DNA of 64,000 nucleotides, taken from NCBI RefSeq assembly GCF_009914755.1, contig NC_060938.1; one strand, 5' to 3'. The stretch comes from the human T2T-CHM13v2.0 reference genome, Homo sapiens. Positions 55,483 to 64,000 of this stretch are shown piece by piece. The notes beneath the pieces are model-generated. The model saw only the letters and a list, made by a program, of their open reading frames with translations. It ran no database searches and was not told the DNA's origin. A program made the translations under genes and the position numbers. Every line of letters begins with the position of its first letter. Position 1 is the stretch's first letter.

Positions 55483-55599
55483 TATATAATCAGTTTCAAA
55501 TGTAAGTCTAGGTAGACCTTGTTACAATTGGCTGGCCACATAAGAATTACCTAGGAAACTTGTAAAACAGCAATGAAGAACTAGTAAATTGCTTTAAGG

Positions 55600-56300
55600 A
55601 AGGAACTGAAGAATGGATTAAGGAGAATATGATAGGTAGCACGGAGAGAAGTAAAGAGAATATCTCAATAGTCCATGAAAAAGCTGATGAAATTCTGAAC
55701 AAACCACGAAGTTGAAGAGGAAGAAACATTTTTCAAGAGATATTTATGATATAGAAAATAAAAATTGGTAAATATAATTTATTGCGTGTATGCACAAGGA
55801 AAACACAAACAGATCTGACTAGGAATAAATGGGCTGATAAATTAGTATTCACAAAAATAAGGTACAAAGATGGGGGAAAAGTTTAGAGCAAATTAGAGTT
55901 CAGCTGCAAACATATTGAATATTTGAAGCTTGAAACATACATATACTCAGGAGAGAATTGCAGGGCAGTGTCTGAAGCAAGGCTGAGATCAAGATTTTGA
56001 AAGTATCTGTCTGCAAGTGATAGTTGAAACTATTGTGTTAAGATTGCCCAAGCAAGAAAAAAAGAGAAAAGAGATAAGAAGAAAATTATGATCAATACTA
56101 ACATTCAAGGAACCCATTGAGGAAAATAATCTGACAAAAGAGAATGAGAAAAATGTGATCAAAGAAGTGGTGAATATTGAAATGCAAGGATGGCAATTAT
56201 TTCAAAGAGGGCTCAGAGGTCAAATAGATAGGAACTGATTATAACTCACTGTGTAAGATTATAAAAAAAAATCACCGGTGACCTTGGCAGTGGGGGGAAA
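55600..56300 (-). mobile_element. L2 fragments
   Basis: Purine-rich antisense L2 motifs such as gtgatagttgaaactattg and tcaccggtgaccttggca. Confidence 0.6.
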
Positions 56301-56359
56301 AATAGAATAAGAAAGATAGAGAATTTAAGCTTTTTTAAAAAGGGATATTAGTGTGAATA

Positions 56360-57230
56360 TGAAAAAAATATAGTGAGGACTATCTACACAAGGTATTGTG
56401 GCATCCACCGAGAAAAGCAATATGTGGTGGGAACCTAACAGATAAACTCAAGGGAAATATTTAACCTAGTTCAAATTCCCAGGAGCAAAGAATTTTGCTA
56501 ACAGTTCCACATTATCAGAGCACTTGGATTTACATTGGAAAGTGTGTCAAATAGAATATTAAAAAAAAAAACTAAAACCGCTAAGAAGATGTTTGATAAG
56601 CCCACTGAGCTAAGACCTTTCATGAATAAAGTCTGAAACAAGCAGCAAAAGCAGGAGACACAGTGACTCAATTAAAAAGATATTGTGAAATAGTAACAGC
56701 CTCAGGAAAGTGTCAGATTGGTTTGGATTTCATATCAAAGAGAGACAGAGACAGAGGAATACTCCACCCTGAATATGAGACAATGGGTCTAAGTAACTGC
56801 CCCATGAATTTGATTTAGAGGTGGAGAAACACTTTAACTGATGTAAGGGACAGCTGAGCACTTGCCATAAATGTGGTTCAAGAACTCCACAGAAGGTAAT
56901 GTGTAGTTAGAAACAGCTCCAATGTTCAGGATATTGACAGAGTAATGTCATTCTGTTATCAGGAAGAGGACAAGAAAGGACATATTAGTATTAATTGCCC
57001 ATGAACAAGAAGATATTAACAGGAGACAAATAGAGCCAAACCAACCTCAAAGACCCAGAATTAAAATTTAAAGTGGAAAATCTGGACTTTTAACATTTGG
57101 TGCAGGGAAATACAGGTAAGTGGGAGTAGGAGAGAAGACTAAGAGGAATAGAAGACAGTAAAATTGAGCTTCCACAGAAAATAATGTTGGGATTCAGAGA
57201 CTGGAGCAAAGGAAAACTGAAATTAGCACA
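56360..57230 (+). mobile_element. Tentative ancient Gypsy (MamGyp / PNMA-like) gag relic
   Basis: Manual translation: KKYSEDYLHKVLWHPPRKAICGG (56363-56431), CHKCGSRTPQKVMC (56863-56904), FCYQEEDKKGHISINCP (56951-57001). Knuckle-like but broken. Confidence 0.35.
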
Positions 57231-57418
57231 GAATAACCCAACACAGAGTCTGAGCCTGCTTGAGAAAATATAATTATACTCCATGCTTCCAAATAATAGT
57301 TTTTGTTTTGGAAAAACATCTAAAGGAATTAATGAGGGAGAAGAAAAGCAGAGAATTATAAATTCCCCAGAAATTTTACAAAAGTAGGGGGAAAATGGAA
57401 GTAGAAAATAGCAGAGCA

Positions 57419-57701
57419 GACCAGGCACAGTGGCTTGTGCCTGTAATCCGAACCCTTTAGAAGGCCGAGATGGACGTATCACTTGAGCCCAGGAGTTTGA
57501 GACCAGCTTGTCCAACATGAGGAAACCTCATCGCTACAATAATTTTTAAAATTCACTGGGCGGGAGGCTGAGGTGGGAGGATCACCTGAGCCCGGGAAGG
57601 TGGAAGCTGTAGTGAGCTGTGGTGATCACACCATTGCATTGCATCCAACCTAGGCGACAGAGTGTGTCCTTGTCCGCCCCCGTCCCTGCCCCCCAAAAAA
57701 A
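57419..57701 (+). mobile_element. AluJ with an internal deletion in the right arm
   Basis: atcacttgagcccaggagtttgagaccagc. TSD agaaaatagcagagca (57403-57418) / agaaaatagcaaagca (57702-57717). Confidence 0.92.
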
Positions 57702-57717
57702 AGAAAATAGCAAAGCA

Positions 57718-58275
57718 CGCTTCCCCTCTTCCCTTTTGTGGCCATCACCAAAGCAGAAGCAGTCAAAATGAAGGTCAATCCCTTTGTGACTTCTGACCAA
57801 AGCAAGAACTGCAAAAGATGTTTCAATGCCCCTTCCCACATTCTCAGGAAGAGTATGTCTTCCCCCCGTTTCCAAAGTGCTGAGACAGAAGTTGAAGGTT
57901 AGATCTATGTCCATCCAAAAGAATGATGGAGTTCATGTTGTGTGAGGACACTAACAGGTCAGCAAAGCAGTCTAGATTTACAGGAAGAAGTATGTCATCT
58001 TCACTGAATGAATGCAGCAGGAAAAGGTAATGGCACAACTGCTCATATGGGCATTCACCCCAGCAAGGTGGTTATCGCTAGGCTAAAACTGGGCCAAGAC
58101 GGCAAAAGGATCCTTGAATGAAAAGCCAAATTCACCAAGTAAGAAAGAAAAAGGGCAAATAAAAAAAAGTAAATAAATAAATAAATAAGAAAAAAAGAAA
58201 CTGAGAAGATGCTGGAATAAAGTAATCCCATGTACAACTTTCATTAAAAACTTCCTAAAATGAAAAGCAAAAGAA
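57718..58275 (+). pseudogene. RPL26: Processed pseudogene of 60S ribosomal protein L26 (uL24)
   Basis: 5'TOP-type leader ctcttcccttttgtggccatcacc. ATG at 57768 gives [41 protein letters not shown], later [14 protein letters not shown] and EKMLE* (stop 58218-58220). Intronless with several stops and frameshifts. ATTAAA at 58243 and a decayed A-tail. Confidence 0.96.
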
Positions 58276-59113
58276 AGAAAATCACAGTGTGATGGAAGTA
58301 AAAGAGTTAAAGAAAAGATCACCTAAACCCACAAAGAGATCCTGCAAATCATAAAAGAGGTACATAAAATCAGTTAAATACAAAGAAGCCTGGAGAAACT
58401 GCTTGCATAATTAAAGGAAGAACTGAAGAAAAGAAAAAAATGGATGGAATTAAGTCTATTGTTGTCATGAACCACTGCAATATGATTGAATGCACAAGTA
58501 AATTTGTTTTGCTTCTATGGTATCTGTCTTCAGAAAGAATTGTAAATGAGTTACATTAAAATGGCATTTTTATTTTTTAAAATATACAGTGAAAATCAAA
58601 GGAGATAATGCAAGCAAACGTGTTTTGATGAAGTTAAGTACTCTATGTGGAAGGTGTTATTATTATTATCTTTATCTTGTGATTCCAGTGCTGATTTTCA
58701 ATGTTTATACCCTTGCTCCATAGCTAAGCAATTTTAATTCATTCTATGCCTAAGATGTCATTATCTTGTAGCTAATATTCTACCAAGTTCTAAATATATT
58801 TTAGCTAAGTGTTTACCTTCTGTCAACTAATTTTCAATGCTATCAAGAAAATCCATCAGTTTCTTAATGGAAAAAATCAATTTTTCCAGTTTAACTTATT
58901 TTTGATTAAAAGAAAACTAATTTCCCATGTACTCTTTTTTAAAGGACATGCTTATTTCTTAAATATTTGTGTTTCTACCTCAAAAAGAAAAAGAGGCTAT
59001 ATACAAAGGCATTATTTTAGTAGACTTAAAAATGCAAGTAAAATGAAGTGGTATTCTGCATTTTAGAATTTCGTGTTATAGATAAATTCCTACTAAAACA
59101 TAACTGCCTGAGC

Positions 59114-59376
59114 CCTAGATTACTTGAGGCCAAGAGTAAGACCAGCCTGAGCAATAGCCCAACTTCATCTATATAAAATATTTTAAAAATAGTCAGATGT
59201 GGCGGTGCATGCCTGCAATCCTAGCTACTCAGGAGCCTGAGACAGGAGGATGGTTTGAGCCAAGAGTTCAAGGCTGCAGTGAGCCGTGATTGTGTCATTG
59301 CACTCCAGCCTGAGTGACAGAGCAAGACCCTTTCTCTAAATAATTAAAATAATTAAAAATAATTAAATAATTAAAA
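59114..59376 (+). mobile_element. 5'-truncated AluJ
   Basis: ggaggatggtttgagccaagagttcaaggctgcagtgagc with a (TAATTAAAA)n tail. Confidence 0.85.
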
Positions 59377-59397
59377 AGAGATAGCTGAATTCTGTGT

Positions 59398-60564
59398 GGC
59401 CTTCATCCCATTCACAAAGGAGGAGTCCTCATTACCTAATCACTTCCTAAAATGCCTCACTTCTTAGCTTAACCACAATGGGGATTAAGCTTCAACATAA
59501 ATTTCAGAGGGGACACCATCATTCAAACCGTAGCATTCTGCTCCTGCCCCCTTCCCAAAATTCATGTCCTTCTCACATACAAAATAGTTTCATTCCATCC
59601 CAATAGCCCCAAAAGTCTTAACTCATTCCAGAATCAACTTTAACGTCTAAGTCCAAAGATTCATCTAAATATTGCCTAAATTAGATATGGATTAGACTCA
59701 AAGTATGATTCATCCTGAGGCAAATTTCTCTCCATCTGCAAGTGAAATCAGTTTATATACTTCCAAATAAAATGATAGGACAGTCATAGGACAGACATTA
59801 CCATTCCAACAGGAGGAAGTAGGAAAGAAGAAAGAGGCAACAGATTCCAACAAAATCTAAATCCCTATAGGGCAAACATTTAATCTTGAAGCTTAAGAAT
59901 AATCTTTGACTCCATGTGCTGTCTTCTGTACAAACTGCTGGAGTAGGAGTAGAGTGCCCAAGGCTCAGCAAGAGCCTGCCACCATGGCTCTGCTGGGCTC
60001 GGCTCCCACAACAGCTTTCTTAATTTGGAGTCAAATGCCTGCAGCTCTCCCTGGCTGATATCACACTCTGGTGTCTCTATAGTTCTTGGGTCTTGGAGAT
60101 GGGCCCTCTCTCATGGCTCCACTAAACACTGCCACAGTAAGGACTTTCTGCAGTGGCCCTACCTCGGTTGCTCCACTAAACATTGCCCTTATGGTAATCT
60201 CTGTGCTGGCTCCCACTCTGTGGTATTTTTCTGCCTGGGCCCTGAGGCATCCTTTGAAATCTCAGTGAAGATTGCCATGCCTCCACAGCTTGTGCACTCT
60301 GTGTACCTGCAGATTTAGAACCACATGGATGCCACGAAGTTGTATGGCTTGTGCCTTCTGGAGTGGTAGTCCATGCCACACCTGGGCCCACTTGAGCCAC
60401 AGCTGAAGTAGCCAAGGAGCACTGTACTAGAATGCAGTAAGCAGAGACTTGAGACGACCCTGGGCAGTCAAGGAAGGAGACCTAAGGATGTAATTAAAAG
60501 GACTCACTTCTTAATACCACCACAATGGGGATTAAGTTCCAACACCATCATTCAAACAATGGCA
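59398..60564 (-). mobile_element. Deleted MST-type MaLR provirus: LTR fragment, internal sequence, LTR fragment
   Basis: accacaatggggattaag...catcattcaaac..gca ends at both 59535 and 60564. The sequence between matches MaLR internal (cccaatagccccaaaagtcttaactcattcc). Confidence 0.8.
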
Positions 60565-60849
60565 GTTACGTTCAAGATAAATCTGGAAACTTAATTTTGT
60601 TTAAGTGTGATGAAATCATTCTGGTAAAATTTTAAAATAATCTCCTGATACACACAGACGCACACACACACACAGCATTTCATTTTTCAATGCATTTTAA
60701 TTTATTTGTATTAAATATTTTTCTTAGTATTATCTCTCCTTATGACAAATTATTCATATTACTATGTATGAGAAACTCAACTCTTAAAAAAGTGAGGCTC
60801 AACGGGTATAGAACTGAAACTCAAGCCTCTACTTTAGGAAAAAGGGCCA

Positions 60850-63800
60850 AAAGAGCCAACTTGCTAAATTTCCTTTATAATATACGTATGACAATGAAAC
60901 TATCACCCTAAAACTGGAAAACCTGAGAAAGGACTCTGCTACTATAAACATGTGAGATTACTAAGGTCATTTTAAGGTAATTAGAAAATGAGCTCATTCA
61001 GTGATCATACGTTACTTCTCAAACAAATGTTGCATATAGGACAAAGGTAGATGATTTGTTTTATGAGATATATTAAAATGAATATACTACCAATTATATG
61101 ACACTTTCCCCACAACTGTTTGGAAATATTAATAATAGATCTAATGGCTATTTGAAATTCCTTCAGAACAATCTAAATTTTTTGAAAGTATTCTCATTAA
61201 ATTCATTATATTTCATTGTGACCAAGAGGGATTTATTCTAGATATGTAAGGCTGGTTCAACATCGGAAAAAAAAAATCAAAATAAGTCACCATATCTCCA
61301 AGCTAAAATGTAAAAATATGCCCATAAAATTTACTCAGAGAAAGCATTTGATGAAATATGACACCCATTTTTCAGCAAGTGGGGAATAGAAAGGAATTAT
61401 CTCAATTTCATGGAGTGTCTACATAAGCCTGTATCTAACATCATACTAATGATAAAAGACTGAATACTTTCCCTTTCAAACAAGGAATAAGTCAAGAATG
61501 TCTGTTTTTTCTATTGAACAGACATTCAGACAGAATTTCCAGTGAGTTCAATAAGGCAAGAAAAGCAAACAAACAAAAAGAGATATCGTTTATAAAGGAA
61601 GAAATAAATCTGCACTACTTGAAGATGGCGTGATCATTTACATAGAAAATTCCAAGGGATTTAAAAAAACAAACAAACTAAATCTTTTAGACCAAATAAG
61701 TGAGTCTAGCAATGTCATAGAATCAACACACAAAAATCAATAACATTTATATAGACTAACAATAAACACGTAGAAACTTAAAAATGCAACGCCATTTACA
61801 GTTGCTCCACAAATAAATTCCTAAAGAAATCTATATTAGTCAGGATTCTCTGGAGAAACAGAAATAATGTATACATATGTATAAGATGATTTTTTATGGG
61901 AATTGGTTTACACAGTTGTGAAAAATGAGAAGTCTCAAAATGTGCTGTCTGCAAGCAGGAGAACCAGGAAAGAAGGTGGTAAAATTTAGTCTGAGTCTGA
62001 AGGACTGAAAATCAGTGGAGCCAAGGGTGTCATTCCAACTCTGAGGCTGAGAGCTTGGGTTTGGTAGTGGTGACACTGGTGAAAATCATGGAGTCCAAAG
62101 AGTGAACAACCAGGGGCTCCAACCAGGAACCTGTTGGAGGCAGGAGAAAATGTATGTCCCAACTCAAGAAAAGTAAGCAAATTTGCCCTTCCTCCACCTT
62201 TTTGTTCTATTTAGGCCCTCAAGGGACTGGATGATGCCTCACCTCGGTGAGTAATCTTCTTTACTCAGTTAACTGATTCAAATACTAATCTCTTCTGGAA
62301 ACACCCTGACAGACGCATCTAGAAACAATGTTTTGCCAGCTATTTGACCATCCCTTAACCCCATCAAGGTGACACATAACAATTATCACAGGTCTATGTG
62401 TGGGATATGTAAGTTTAAAATTACAAAATACTGATTGATAAAATTTTAAATTACCTAAATGAATATGGAAATGCATAATGTTTATAGATTGGAAAACTGA
62501 ACAGAATAAAGAGATAATCTCTTCCCTGATTGGTGTATAGGCTTTAAACAATTTCTACCAAAATCCCGGCAAGATTTTTGTAGACATAGACAAGTTTCTT
62601 CTAAATTTTATATTGAAAGGTACAGGCCCTAGACCAGGTAAAATAATCTTAACAAAGAAGAGTAAAAAGGGAACATTTACTTCACTTGATATAAGGCCTA
62701 CTATATATCCAAAATAATCAAAATAGTGCAATAATGGCAGAGGGCTAGACACGTAGGTCAATAGGACAGAATAGAGAACCTAGAAATAGACCCACAAAGC
62801 TGTGCCCAACTGAATTTTGACAAAGGGGCAAAAGATATTCAGTAGAAAAATGACAGCCCTTTCAACAAGTGGTGATGGAGAAATTAAACATCCACAAGAA
62901 AAAATATTAACATTGACCTAACTAAAAATGATCACCAATTTAAATACAAAATGTGAACTCATAAAATGTTTAGAAAAAATATAGGAGAAAATTTGAGGGT
63001 ATAGGGTTAGCCAAATAACTCTTAGACATGACACCAAAAACACACCCCATTAAAGAAAAAATTAACAATTTGGATCTCATCAATATTTTTAAGAACTTTT
63101 AATACATAAAATCACATGTGAAGAAAATGAAGTCAAGGTATGGAATGAGAGAAAATATTTGCAAATCACATAATCAGCAATGAACTAGTATACAAAATAT
63201 GATTTAAAGCTTTTAAAACTCAACAGTTAAAAAATTTAGTAAGAAAATGAATAAAAATATTGAGACAGTTTACCAAACAGGTTACAGAGATGGCAAATAA
63301 GCACATGAAAAAATGCTCAACATAAAAAATGCAAATAAAAATCACAATGACAAATCACTACACACCTATCAAATGACTAAAATTTTAAAAAAATAGTGAA
63401 AACACCAAATGTTCGCAAAAATTCTGAGAAATTGCACCATTCTTACATTGCTGGAAATATAAAATGATACAGCCACTCTGGAAAACAATTTTAACAGTCT
63501 TATAAAAGTAAATATGCAATTGCTGTATGGCAATTGTACTCATGGGCATTTATCACAGAGAAAAAATTATGTTCATCCAAAAGCTTGTAAACAAATATAG
63601 CACTTTTATTCATAATAGTGAGAACACAGATAGTTAAACACTGAAAATAGCACAGATACTCTTCAACATGTTAACATGTGAACAACACATGACCGGTGTA
63701 CCAAACTGTTATCTACATGCCATTGATTACTATTCAGCAATAAAAAGAAGCTCTATTAATACCTGCAGCAACTTTAAAGGATTTTCAGGGAATTATGCTA

Positions 63801-63865
63801 GGTGAAAAGAGTCAATCCTAAAAGGTTGCCTAGTGTATGACTTCATTTATATAATGCTTTGAGAT
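60850..63865 (+). mobile_element. L1MC/MD-type ORF2 to 3' region, interrupted by MLT2
   Basis: agaaagcatttgatgaaat (RT), gacagaatagagaacctagaaatagacccac, aattatgctaggtgaaaagagtcaatcc. Confidence 0.82.
61832..62390 (-). mobile_element. MLT2B-type (HERV-L) solo LTR
   Basis: tattagtcaggattctctggagaaacaga...ctaatctcttctggaaacaccctgacagac...aattatcaca. Confidence 0.88.
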
Positions 63866-63867
63866 AA

Positions 63868-64000
<133 letters not shown>

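Overview
This is primate, very likely human, AT-rich intergenic or deep-intronic DNA with no protein-coding gene I can support. The ORF-track peptides derive from L1, Alu or LTR sequence or are chance ORFs. Well over half of the window is interspersed repeat: L1 of several ages, Alu J/S/Y, MaLR and ERV LTRs, L2/MIR and DNA transposons. Repeat subfamily names come from recalled consensus motifs, not a database search. The main structures are (1) a two-LTR, pol-less MER66-type ERV1 provirus on the minus strand (5751-11608) with gag relics and an EnvV (ERVV-1/2)-like env relic that a THE1 LTR splits at the SU/TM cleavage site; (2) a MER11 (HML-8) solo LTR; (3) two L1s that keep both ends but have internal deletions; (4) a full-length RPL26 processed pseudogene that appears to share one target site with an adjacent AluJ; (5) a tentative, very decayed PNMA/Gypsy-like gag relic near 56.36-57.23 kb. 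I see no convincing new functional biological system. The best leads are retroelement fossils and a few repeat-poor stretches with hairpin or motif signals.
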